From the NCBI GenBank assembly GCA_964187785.1, contig OZ076413.1, forward strand, positions 63,612,001 to 63,676,000: 64,000 bases of DNA, in the 5' to 3' direction. The notes beneath the pieces are model-generated. The model saw only the letters and a program-made list of their open reading frames with translations. It was not told where the DNA came from and did no database searches. This document shows, one piece after another, positions 36,847 to 48,900 of this stretch. The DNA is from Amphiscolops sp. MND2022 (lineage: Eukaryota). The position numbers and the translations under genes were made by a program. Numbering within the stretch: position 1 is the stretch's first letter; each line of letters starts with the position of its first letter.

Positions 36847-37758
36847 CTACAGACTCTGTTGCATAGAGATACAATGAAGTTCCCAAAGAACACGGGCCTT
36901 CATTTTGGGGGCTCGCTTCGGAAAAAGCTCTCTGTTTGCATAGTCTGCCGATTGTCTTTTTCGCTCCATTTTCATTGCGTAATTGAAGGTATTTCCAACG
37001 ATTGTGGTGAAACCATCGCCAGCAGCAACAACAAAGCTGGTCCACAAGGAGTATGGACACCATACATTTCTCTGTTGCACTGAAAAGCTACCAAATTCTT
37101 TGTTTTTCAAGTCCATGCTGAAAACATTTTGTATTTGGCGAACAACTCCTTCAAGTTGCCAATTCATGTTGGTCTCTGTAGTAATAACTGGGTCAAGAGG
37201 GTCTATAAATGTGTCAACAGGTAATGTTGAGGGTGAAATGGTGGCACTCGGCAAATCTGCGCTTCTCTCATTGACGGTCAGGTTGCCACTGTTTCCAGAA
37301 ACAGAAACTTGTGCAGCCTCTTCCACTTTTATACGCTTAGCAGATGGATTCTTTCCTGCGACTGATTGTACAGAGACATCGTAGCCTACCTTACATTGTT
37401 GCCCTGTGGTATTTGCTGCTGGTACATGGACTAAAATGTGAATATGATTGTCGATAGTGGAGGCGTCCCTTGGCTCCGGCAAAATGTAACACCGTCCAGA
37501 TGGTAACCTGCCATTTTGTATTTGCGGTGACACATCACAAATGCATCGCACTTCATCAAAATTGTAACCGCATTGTCTGTAACAACTGAAAAGATGTGCC
37601 CCCATTAGATAATCGACATTACTAGCAGCGAACATCTCACATAATTTTTCCCGTACGTACAGACATTGCTTCACTGCTTTGTCTTCAGAGATTGGGTTCG
37701 GGTAAAAAACGAAATGGGCATAAAAGGACGATGATTTACGTCGGAATTCCATTGACAA
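36847..37758 (-). CDS. Candidate HUH-superfamily endonuclease (303 aa)
   Basis: HIHILV (H105, H107) and YAMK (Y260) in Rep-like order, with an N-terminal hydrophobic strand HFVFYP. Confidence 0.55.
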   Translation of the reverse strand: MSMEFRRKSSSFYAHFVFYPNPISEDKAVKQCLYVREKLCEMFAASNVDYLMGAHLFSCYRQCGYNFDEVRCICDVSPQIQNGRLPSGRCYILPEPRDASTIDNHIHILVHVPAANTTGQQCKVGYDVSVQSVAGKNPSAKRIKVEEAAQVSVSGNSGNLTVNERSADLPSATISPSTLPVDTFIDPLDPVITTETNMNWQLEGVVRQIQNVFSMDLKNKEFGSFSVQQRNVWCPYSLWTSFVVAAGDGFTTIVGNTFNYAMKMERKRQSADYANRELFPKRAPKMKARVLWELHCISMQQSL

Positions 37759-37955
37759 AAAGTCTGAAACACAGCAGTTCGTTAATTGGGCCAGTTTTGA
37801 TTATTAACCAAGGAGGATGTTTTACCCAGATGATCAATCGAGATTTAAGCACAAATTATATTTTCAAAAGCAAAGTAATAGCCACACAACAAGGGCGAAT
37901 GTTTTACAAACTTGATAAAATTAATGTATGTCTAAAATAAATGAGAAGTTATTGT

Positions 37956-40900
37956 TCAACCGACGTAACCAAACGGTGTAGATTCGCCGGAATTTGTGTT
38001 GAAAACACGTTTGTTACTTGTGACTCGGGCTCGTTTTTCACAAAACTTGTTTTTCAGTTGGCCTGTTCGAACACAACGACTCAGACTACTGTAAGGACTT
38101 CGCAATTCATGAGTCTCACCAAGCACGAGTTTTCTGAAGGTATCGGGGTTGAATGTTTTCTCTGTAGCCCTATTCAGCGTTACACCCTTGACTTTGAAAA
38201 TATTATACTCCAGTCCTGTTTTAACGTTGTGACCAGACAAGCAATAAAACTTTGGCCCTGCACACCAAAATTTGTCAATCAAGATATCAGGAGGCAGTTC
38301 GTCGGTCATTTCGCCCAGTCCACTCCCAATTGAGATATCCGGGGAATCGGTCAGAGATTGATCGTGGACATACATGATACTGTCTGTATCACAATAAAGT
38401 ACATTTTTAGGATTTTTCACCAGCTGCATATTGTTGAAAAGTATTATACGAGCATGTGCAGTTGTGAAGGCAGCAAGAATCACACTTGTCTTCCGTGGAG
38501 CGTCTGCCGCGTCATCAATGAGTTGATTTTGTAGCAGCATCAAATCATCGCCCACTAGAGTCGCATCAGTAACTCTTTTTGTTCGCGATGTGAAATAGTC
38601 CACGACCTCTCGATAGTTGTTGACGTACCTCGTTTTTGGCATATTATCCCGCATTCCGAGATAACCCCAGAAGCTGTTCAAAAGTATTTTAGCAATAAAG
38701 CGTAGACCTTGGTTTTTCTCTATCCTCGCAGGGTCAAGTGAAATGCCTTCTTTCTTCATCATCTCCTGAAGGTAACGCCTCTTATGCTCGCATATCATTT
38801 CTGTCGATGAATCAGAATTCATCTTCTCTTCACAGCGGCATGTTTTTGGCCAACCAGATGCCTCCATTTTTATTTTCAAAAAGTTATCGATATATTCTGT
38901 GAACAATGTCACAGACCTTTTTGCTCTCGACCAACTCCAAATCTCTGCTACATCTATCACTCGGTATCCTTTTTCCAAAGCAAGCTTAACTTCTGGGGTA
39001 GCAAATGTGCCCCAGAAACTCCTCTCTTCCACTTGGCGATGAACACACTTCTTTGATGTCAAGTCCACACTCTTTTTGTCAGGCATGCTGGATCTTTCTT
39101 CAACGCAACTTCGACATAGCGGGAAAAACAGTTTCGATTGAAATTTGAATGGTAAAATGGGTAGATGTATATCAGACGGTGGCAGTACTTGGCATTTTAT
39201 CAGACCAAAATAATCCTCGTTTTTCAGTTTTAATTCAACAAAAGTTAAGGGGAATTCTAAAAGCGTTCGTTGCGAGAACTTTCGGAACCTCTGTGGTGGA
39301 GGCAGAGAATGTGATTGTTCAGCTTCACATTGATCTCCTCCCGAGTCTCGTTCGTTACTGGGCATTGTAAGAATCCTGTCAACCCGATCCAAAAATTTAA
39401 ACTCCACAGCTTTACCTTGAGCTACATTCACATCCTCGTCAAAGCAACTTGTTTGAGGCGGTTTTTCATTGGCAGAGTTGCTGTTATTCCGACCCTTTTC
39501 TTTACGCGCAATCGATTGTTGTTGCTGTTCTGTAGCAATCAGAATCAAATCAGCATGCCCTGAAGGGTACACTGACCTCGAATTCACATATGGGTACAGC
39601 GAACAAACATCGACATACTTGAAGGTCTGAGACTGTAGTTGTCGAGACCACTTCATGACAAAATTTTCTGTTCTTCCTCCAAAAAAAGCGTCACGAGGCT
39701 GTAACGGACTGTAACGAATGCTGTCATTTGACATCTGTTGCAGTAGTTTGATGTTACCCAGCCGATACAGTAAGGTCTGATGTATTACACGACTTTGTTC
39801 GACCTGCTGGATGTCATCGGAAATGCTCGAGGGGGAGCTGCTGAGTTTTGCTGCTACTGACCTCGGCAAATGCGTCCACGTTGTATCAATTCCTTCTTCG
39901 TCTTCAGATATGGACAGTTCCAACAGTTTTTTAAACTCACATTCCCAAATGAAAAATATACTATGCACAACAAAACGTAAGTTATCTGTTGTTGTGAAGA
40001 CTGTGCCGTTCGAGATTTGATCTGATATCCAGTCCAGTCTGTCCATAGATGTTGTGGTGTACAAATCATGCATTGTTGTAGCATTTCGTTTCTTATTAAC
40101 CTCATCTCGGTCTGTATAACAAGAAGGACACCCGTGGAAGTAACATCCAAAAAACTCCAAAACTATCGACAGTTGTGGTTTCTGGACAACACTCCCACAT
40201 GCGGTGCTCTTTGATTGAGAATTTCGTTTGTACAGAAGAAGTCCGTCTACTTTGAATGATCCAAGTGTCTGCTCCTTACCTCTGCCTCGCTTCAATCCTC
40301 CGCCTGATTTATACAGACGAATACTGAACTCGTTTGACTTCCGATCATTTGCAACTTGTTCCACCCACGACAGGCAAACGGCAGCCGGGAAAGACGTTAA
40401 CTCATTGCCCGTGTAACCGTTCTGAGGGAGGATTGCGATGGAGTCCTTCGGCATGAATAGTTTTCTATAAATGTAATTACATGCTGATGCTGCTGTGCAA
40501 GCGACTTCGAACGGATCTATTCCGCTGCACACTTTCTTGATTAATGTTCTAAACTTCAAAAAACCCTCTTTGAGTAGTTTAACATCTGACTGACAGTACG
40601 ACACGAGTTCTTGTTGAAAGTCGTAAACGAGCTTATTAACTTTATAAAGCTGGGTCTTTGCTGAGTACCATTCCAAAAACGTGCTCACCGTTTGCGGTCC
40701 TTTCATCGAATTCAAAGCAAAAAGGCACGCGGGTGGAAATTGGCCTTCTTTGAGAGCAAACTCTTGGCATTCTTCTTCTTGGTCATTTCCTGCATTGAAG
40801 CAGCTAACATTGCTTTGTGTAGCTACACAGTGATTGCAGTCGTTGGAAACAATTTTGCGCAGATTGCAGTTGCCCCTTTCTCGCATGTTTGTAAACTATG

Positions 40901-42990
40901 CAGCTTTGAAGTAGCGGCGGGATAGAGGGCCTCTTTAGATGTCAAAAAATGAGGAAAGTATCCTTTTTTCAATTCCTTGAGATTGAACGTTGTGGGAAAT
41001 TTTGATAAAGGTATCGGGATGAAAAAATAAGAGTCAATGAATCGTTTATTCCCCACACGCATTGACACAACCTTGTTACCTCTGAGCAAAATTTTGGGAA
41101 CATATTTGTGTTGTTTGTAGAGCCATTCCAGGATTGGTAGGAAATCGAACCCACTGCCAAAATGGGCAATAAACCATTCAGTTTGACGAACCCTTTCAAC
41201 ACTAGCAAAAACATCCTCACAAAAATCGTTTATACAATCGTAGCCACAGTAAATAACTTCATCACCTGTCAAAGACTCTGCTGCCAGTAGAATTGGTTTA
41301 TGTAGCCCTTCATTGCCACAACTCTGGTCAGTTTCTATGTCAAAAACCCAAATTTTGTCATCCGAGGGAGCCAGTGCAAATTTGTTTGCTGGCTGGTCAC
41401 GGGACGTAACAGTACCATCGTCATCGACTGGAGCGTTGCTCATTTTCCTGCGTTTGATTTGCGTCATCGGATCTTCTTTCTCAACTTTTTCACGATAATT
41501 CTCTCCGCCCAATATTTCACAGTCAGGAAAATCGTTACTGGTATCACCAACCGGTATTTCTCGCTCTATACATCTCTTCGGTTTCTGTACGAAACATTGA
41601 TGTTCCGATGAAGGCGAAGAGGTGTTTTTACGGTCTGACAATGAGTAATGAACGGAGCATGTAGAACAGCGTTTTTTTGAGCAAATATGATTGGAGAATG
41701 CTCGCTTAGGTACAGTATTGTCGCATGTAGGGCACAAAGTGTACAAATGACACACCCCAGAGGTAACATGGCAAGCCAGACACTTTTGCCTTCGTACCTT
41801 TAGCCTGCATCTATCACACTGGAAAACCGGTGACTGGCGAGGGTTCTTTGACAAGTCCTTGGACGCGGTAGTCCAAGTGAGCGGCAAAAGGTTGATGAAA
41901 CCGGTCCTATTGAGACAGCCAGGCTGCCGACACAGCAAACAACCACTGGCAGAGCATAAATGCTTCACTGTGGAAAAGGCCTTGTGACAACTGTAACAGT
42001 AGTGGCGAGCATCGAATAGTCCTTTCATTGAGGTAACTAAATCTACATGTCTGTTTTGAGCATCATACAAAAGGTCGATATTCTGCTGTGCTTCCTGATT
42101 ATAACATTTAAGGAAAGGGCCCATAAAGTTGCTATCGTAAACAGATAAACAAAAGTCTTTCAACACTTGCGACTGAGACAAAAATTCTAAATCTTGTAGA
42201 GCAAGAGGTTTACCAGAAGCAGGAGAGGTTTGAGCTGTCTGATAGTGAAGCAACCCAGTAGAGGAGTCGTCAAAGGCAGAGGTGGGAAGTCTTTTCGAGG
42301 AAGCACCACCAGCCAAAATTGTCTGCAATTCGTCTTGGGGGATGCTTGGATCAGATTTCAGAAGGGTTATCAAATGCTGCATTTCACGCGTTTGCACGGA
42401 AGCCCGATCCAGGTGCAAGTTTTTTGTCGTTTTTCTTTTATTAGGCGGCAGGGGAGATCGCTCCTTAACTTTGATGCCAATTGCTAAGGCCCGCAAAAGA
42501 CAATCGTTCTGGTCACTTTTGATTACAATTATTGACTTCTTTTGTTTCGTGAAGACTTGATATCGGGAGCAGTCCTGCTCTGTATGCCTCCAAGCCGGTT
42601 CTCGCCCATTGTTGGTAAAGAAACACTCAAAACGTTGACTTTGATATTGTTACTAATATCAAATGACTCGTTGGAATTAACGACCCTGTCAATTTCATCG
42701 AGAATCGGTTCGGCGTTGAAATCCGCTACGGACGAGAATGGGATATGAATAGGATAGTTGAGGGTAGGCGCATTCAATACCAATCGAATTCTGTGTGAAT
42801 GACCAGGAAGATCTTGCTGTATCTCAGATATCAATTTGTTGATGAGGTGGTTGAAAATCTCTTTAATTCGATCCAGCACACTTTCAATGTCCGTGAAGTA
42901 CACTTCATAGTCTCTGCTGGCCGCTCGCAACAGACTACGTCTTTGTGGCATTCGATTTACACTATAGAACTGCTCAGGATTGAACCCCAT
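37956..42990 (-). pseudogene. polB: Protein-primed family B DNA polymerase (~1680 aa, two frameshifts near 42520 and 40860)
   Basis: ExoI DIETD, AHFGSGFDF, FIDSYFF, KGYFPH; VDG...LEFFGCYFHGCP insertion; DVCSLYP, KILLNSFWGYLG, YCDTDS; OTU-like KKSIIVIKSDQNDCLLRALA across the first frameshift. Confidence 0.95.
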
Positions 42991-43559
42991 GGCATAATCT
43001 GCAACAAACGCAATGCAACAAGAATTAAACGTGTCACAGAAGCAATTAAAACTACTGTAAAATTGATGAAGATTCCAAATAGTAAGAAAAAACAAAATCA
43101 ACAACATAAATTATATGAAGAAGGTATTTATATAAATGGTCCGGAAACAAACTTGTATACGCAACACGTCACAGAGGGGTTAGCCTGATGAGTATAAATG
43201 AGAACCGAAGTACTGTATGAAAAAATGCCTATTTAGAAGCCAATAAGTGAAACGTAATGAGAAGTTGGCCAAAATTATAAAAAAGGTCAAACTTAACGCA
43301 CGCGCAAGAACAAACAAACAAACACATATACAACAAAACATCGAGCTTTAAGAGACGTTTAGTTCATGAAAACTTCATCATCATCATACTCAGTGGTGGC
43401 TATGTTCGTACCAGTCTCACCGTTGAACATAACAAAATCTCGTTTCTCAAACAATTTTTGGTTTTCAACGTCGGCCTCGATTGTTATGTTCTCATTGTCG
43501 CCATTGGTCAAACAGTCGTCCGTGACATTTTGGGCCCGCTTCTTCGATGTGGTTGTGGT

Positions 43560-44069
43560 TTACCCGACTTTCGCGCCATTGACCTTGGAAAAACCTTTCT
43601 TGCCAGTAGGCTTCTTTCCAAAAGTTGAGATTGACGTAGGTTCTCGGAACCCACCCGTCAGAGCTTCCTCCATCGCTCTGTTGAACTCCTGCGTCGTCGC
43701 AGATTTCACCCCTGATGATTCCAATGCCGCCTTGTCACCTAGACCAAGCAAAGCAACAAACGCAGTCAGCTCTTCAACAGTGAACGAAAAGTGACCCTGC
43801 CGCTGCCACTGGCCGCTTTGAAAATCGGGTTTGAATAGTCGCAGCCCGATGTAAGTCGCGGTTGACATCTCCGAAGAGAGGTTGTTTGGGTAGCACTTCA
43901 CTCCGATTCTAACCCAGCGATTATGCGACTTGGCAATGTCCCCGTGGCTGGACTCGTCTTGCTCCGGTGAGATTCGCCAGGAGGACACCACAGATTTTAC
44001 ATCGTTCCCAACAAAACTCGGAGTCTTCTTCTGGGAGCGCTTACGTACAACACTGTTCAACCAGTTCAT
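43560..44069 (-). CDS. Candidate PC4-like ssDNA-binding protein (169 aa)
   Basis: YIGLRLF...WQRQGHFSFTVEELTAF resembles the PC4 pattern; immediately upstream of pPolB. Confidence 0.45.
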   Translation of the reverse strand: MNWLNSVVRKRSQKKTPSFVGNDVKSVVSSWRISPEQDESSHGDIAKSHNRWVRIGVKCYPNNLSSEMSTATYIGLRLFKPDFQSGQWQRQGHFSFTVEELTAFVALLGLGDKAALESSGVKSATTQEFNRAMEEALTGGFREPTSISTFGKKPTGKKGFSKVNGAKVG

Positions 44070-44522
44070 CTTTTTTTACCGTCAAAACAATGGAAATCTG
44101 AAACGGAAAGAGTACTGTGAATCTGAACGCTTGAAAATGCAGTAAACCCTGTAATCAGGGACTTCAACATAAAACTGAACTGTGAAATGAAGGAAGAAAA
44201 TGGTTTGAGGCGCAACGAGAACAAATTTAGATTGATGCATTTCGGACTTGATGGGAGAAAACAATTTCAAGATTCCAAATGTTTCATGTCGCCTGTCAAA
44301 AAAACAATTTCTAGGCTGGTTAGGTGAAAAAAAATTTTAAAAACGTGTTCCAGTTACAAACATTTTTTTTGATGAAAACTGATACTTTCTATTTCTTTGA
44401 AAAAATAGGAAAAGTATTCAATTATCAGTAGTTTCAAGACAATTCAACGCTCCAACAAATATCTGCTAAAACAACGATACTAAAACAAAGAACTGCTATT
44501 CAGCGCAACGTTTTATCTCATT

Positions 44523-45710
44523 TTATAGAGCTTGCGGCGGCATTCTGGTAATTCTGTCGGCTTCCAAGAGAGACTTTCGCGTAATCATCAGGGGATGAAG
44601 TTCGTCAGTGATCGTTGAACTTTTTGAGCAATTATGAAAATAGAATTTTTCCACCAGATGTTCAACAAATTTGTTCGGCCATTGACATCTAAACAAATCT
44701 TCGGCCTGCTCTTGATACATATTCAATAAACATTCTGGCACGAGATTAGACAGGGTTTTTGGCTGATTGAAGATCTCTAGTATCATCAATGATTCGGTAG
44801 TTTTAGTGAAAAAAATTCTAATCTCATAAGGGAGGTCACGTCGAAAACAGATTGTCTGCAAAAGTAAATTGCCGTTGAGGTCAAATCGCAGCACACCCTG
44901 CTCAAAATCGATAATGAGAAGAAATTCGAAGATATTCTCGTTATTGCCATTGAGCCAAATGGTCTCCAGTTTCTCGAGGCAGTCGTCTGGCAAGAAAATA
45001 AGAGTGTCATTTTCAACCAACTGCATTTCTCTAACATCCCAGTAAAATTTAAAAGGGAACCCATCGTTGACGGAGTCCACCGGCAGGCTGCTCAGACCAA
45101 AAATGAAGCGTGTTTCTCCGACCAGCAAAGATGGGAAATCATTGATCTTTGCGAGGACCTTGAAGACCCTGACGGCTTGATTGTCGTTGAGGTTGTTGAA
45201 AGTTATATCAGGAACTGCTACATCATGATTGAAGATACCATCGTCACTCCAATCATCGTCCGAATCCGAATCGCCAGCGGGGAAATCTTTTTCAATTTCA
45301 TCGTAATCAATACCGAGGACTAGATTGTCGAAGGATCGCTTGTAGTGGTAATCCATCACCTCGTATTTTTTCCATTTTATTGGCTTCACGTCCGTGTTTG
45401 AACCGAGGAAACCTCGGTAAACGTGATTGACGTCCTCGTCAATCGATTGACAGGGAAAAGAAACTTTGCTGTAGTCTTTTACAGTAGCGCTGTAACCAAG
45501 GAAATTATTCGTGAATTGCTCAACGTACGGCGTGAAGACGACAACGTGGAAACTTGACTGGCGACCTCTTCGAAAATAGTCGTCAAGAACTTGAAAAGCG
45601 TCCCGCTGCTTTCGGAACTTCATCTCCTGAACAAACACACAAAAACAACGTCGTTCTATAAAATCTACAATCATAGTCTCTGGAATCTGTATTGCTGAAA
45701 CTATTTTCAT
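44523..45710 (-). CDS. Orphan Polinton protein (395 aa), possibly the last exon of a spliced gene starting at 49540
   Basis: Long intact ORF with a central acidic patch (DSDSDDDWSDD); no recognised domain. Confidence 0.7.
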   Translation of the reverse strand: MKIVSAIQIPETMIVDFIERRCFCVFVQEMKFRKQRDAFQVLDDYFRRGRQSSFHVVVFTPYVEQFTNNFLGYSATVKDYSKVSFPCQSIDEDVNHVYRGFLGSNTDVKPIKWKKYEVMDYHYKRSFDNLVLGIDYDEIEKDFPAGDSDSDDDWSDDGIFNHDVAVPDITFNNLNDNQAVRVFKVLAKINDFPSLLVGETRFIFGLSSLPVDSVNDGFPFKFYWDVREMQLVENDTLIFLPDDCLEKLETIWLNGNNENIFEFLLIIDFEQGVLRFDLNGNLLLQTICFRRDLPYEIRIFFTKTTESLMILEIFNQPKTLSNLVPECLLNMYQEQAEDLFRCQWPNKFVEHLVEKFYFHNCSKSSTITDELHPLMITRKSLLEADRITRMPPQAL

Positions 45711-45950
45711 GTCAAATAAAGGTCCTGTTAGTCCAGCGGATACTGATCGGGGCCGGACATTGTCGGCAGAGTTCTCAGTGATGAAGGTTTGAACCTCTGT
45801 GGGGGTCGAGGCTCAACCTTTTGGAAAAGATACCACTGTGATTGTTGATGTTTTCAGCATCACCCTGCCTTCCCAAGAGGCAGGCGACAATGTCTAGCAA
45901 ATCACCATGACCGCGACACCAACAAGACCTTTTTGTGTTTAAACATTTCG

Positions 45951-48900
45951 TTGCACGGGGAGCTTGGCAAAAGCAAAAAACAAAAATCCGCGCGACGCGG
46001 ATTTTGTCCGGCCACCCACGGGGTTGTTACACAAGTCCTACGTACGTGTATGCACTTGTATTGTACATTGGCAATGCGCAAACAACACAAAAACAACATT
46101 CCCAAAATGCACGGGGAGCTTGACAAAAGCAAAAAATAAAAATCCGCGCGACGCGGATTTTGTCCGGCCACCCACGGGGTCGTTACACAAGTCCTACGTA
46201 CGTGTATGCACTTGTATTGTACATTGACAATGCGCAAACAACACAAAAACAACATTCCCACATTGCACGGGGAGCTTGGCAAAAGCAAAAAATAAAAAAC
46301 CGCGCGACGCGGATTTTGTCCGGCCACCCACGGGGTCGTTACACAAGTCCTACGTGCGTGTATGCACTTGTATTGTACATTGGCAATGCGCAAACAACAC
46401 AAAAACAACATTCCCACATTGCACGGGGAGCTTGGCAAAAGCAAAAAATAAAAATCCGCGCGACGCGGATTTTGTCCGGCCACCCACGGGGTCGTTACAC
46501 AAGTCCTACGTGCGTGTATGCACTTGTATTGTACATTGGCAATGCGCAAACAACACAAAAACAACATTCCCACAATGCACGGGGAGCTTGACAAAAGCAA
46601 AAAATAAAAATCCGCGCGACGCGGATTTTGTCCGGCCACCCACGGGGTCGTTACACAAGTCCTACGTGCGTGTATGCACTTGTATTGTACATTGGCAATG
46701 CGCAAACAACACAAAAACAACATTCCCACATTGCACGGGGAGCTTGACAAAAGCAAAAAATAAAAATCCGCGCGACGCGGATTTTGTCCGGCCACCCACG
46801 GGGTCGTTATACAAGTCCTACGTGCGTGTATGCACTTGTATTGTACATTGGCAATGCGCAAACAACACAAAAACAACATTCCCACATTGCACGGGGAGCT
46901 TGGCAAAAGCAAAAAATAAAAATCCGCGCGACGCGGATTTTGTCCGGCCACCCACGGGGTCGTTACACAAGTCCTACGTGCGTGTATGCACTTGTATTGT
47001 AGATTGGCAATGCGCAAACAACACAAAAACAACATTCCCACAATGCACGGGGAGCTTGACAAAAGCAAAAAATAAAAATCCGCGCGACGCGGATTTTGTC
47101 CGGCCACCCACGGGGTCGTTACACAAGTCCTACGTGCGTGTATGCACTTGTATTGTACATTGGCAATGCGCAAACAACACAAAAACAACATTCTCACAAT
47201 GCACGGGGAGCTTGACAAAAGCAAAAAATAAAAATCCGCGCGACGCGGATTTTGTCCGGCCACCCACGGGGTTGTTACACAAGTCCTACGTGCGTGTATG
47301 CACTTGTATTGTACATTGGCAATGCGCAAACAACACAAAAACAACATTCCCACATTGCACGGGGAGCTTGGCAAAAGCAAAAAATAAAAATCCGCGCGAC
47401 GCGGATTTTGTCCGGCCACCCACGGGGTCGTTACACAAGTCCTACGTGCGTGTATGCACTTGTATTGTACATTGGCAATGCGCAAACAACACAAAAACAA
47501 CATTCCCACAATGCACGGGGAGCTTGACAAAAGCAAAAAATAAAAATCCGCGCGACGCGGATTTTGTCCGGCCACCCACGGGGTCGTTACACAAGTCCTA
47601 CGTGCGTGTATGTACTTGTATTGTACATTGGCAATGCGCAAACAACACAAAAACAACATTCTCACAATGCACGGGGAGCTTGACAAAAGCAAAAAATAAA
47701 AATCCGCGCGACGCGGATTTTGTCCGGCCACCCACGGGGTCGTTACACAAGTCCTACGTACGTGTATGCACTTGTATTGTACATTGGCAATGCGCAAACA
47801 ACACAAAAACAACATTCCCACAATGCACGGGGAGCTTGACAAAAGCAAAAAATAAAAATCCGCGCGACGCGGATTTTGTCCGGCCACCCACAGGGTCGTT
47901 ACACAAGTCCTACGTACGTGTATGCACTTGTATTGTACATTGGCAATGCGCAAACAACACAAAAACAACATTCCCACAATGCACGGGGAGCTTGACAAAA
48001 GCAAAAAATAAAAATCCGCGCGACGCGGATTTTGTCCGGCCACCCACGGGGTCGTTACACAAGTCGTGCGTGCGTGTATGCACTTGTATTGTTCATTGGC
48101 AATGCGCAAACAACACAAAAACAACATTCCCACAATCCACGGGGAGCTTGACAAAAGCAAAAAAAATCCGCGCGACGCGGATTTTGTCCGGCCACCCACG
48201 GGGTCGTTACACAAGTCCTACGTGCGTGTATGCACTTGTATTGTACATTGGCAATGCGCAAACAACACAAAAACAACATTCCCACATTGCACGGGGAGCT
48301 TGGCAAAGCAAAAAATAAAAATCCGCGCGACGCGGATTTTGTCCGGCCACCCACGGGGTCGTTACACAAGTCCTGCGTGCGTGTATGCACTTGTATTGTT
48401 CATTGGCAATGCGCAAACAACACAAAAACAACATTCCCACAATGCACAAGGAGCTTGATAAAAGCAAAAAATAAAAATCCGCGCGACGCGGATTTTGTCC
48501 GGCCACCCACGGGGTCGTTACACAAGTCCTACGTGCGTGTATGCACTTGTATTGTACATTGGCAATGCGCAAACAACACAAAAACAACATTCCCACAATG
48601 CACGGGGAGCTTGACAAAAGCAAAAAATAAAAATCCGCGCGACGCGGATTTTGTCCGGCCACCCACGGGGTCGTTACACAAGTCCTACGTGCGTGTATGC
48701 AGTTGTATTGTACATTGGCAATGCGCAAACAACACAAAAACAACATTCCCACAATGCACGGGGAGCTTGACAAAAGCAAAAAATAAAAATCCGCGCGACG
48801 CGGTTTTGTCCGGCCACCCACGGGGTCGTTACACAAGTCCTACGTGCGTGTATGCACTTGTATTGTACATTGGCAATGCGCAAACAACACAAAAACAACG

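Noticed and set aside
42799-44145. Plus-strand ORFs antisense to Polinton genes (also for example 26614-27239, 28056-29075, 30290-30742, 36983-37384, 37941-38333)
   Set aside because: Shadow ORFs of the minus-strand coding genes; no independent motifs.
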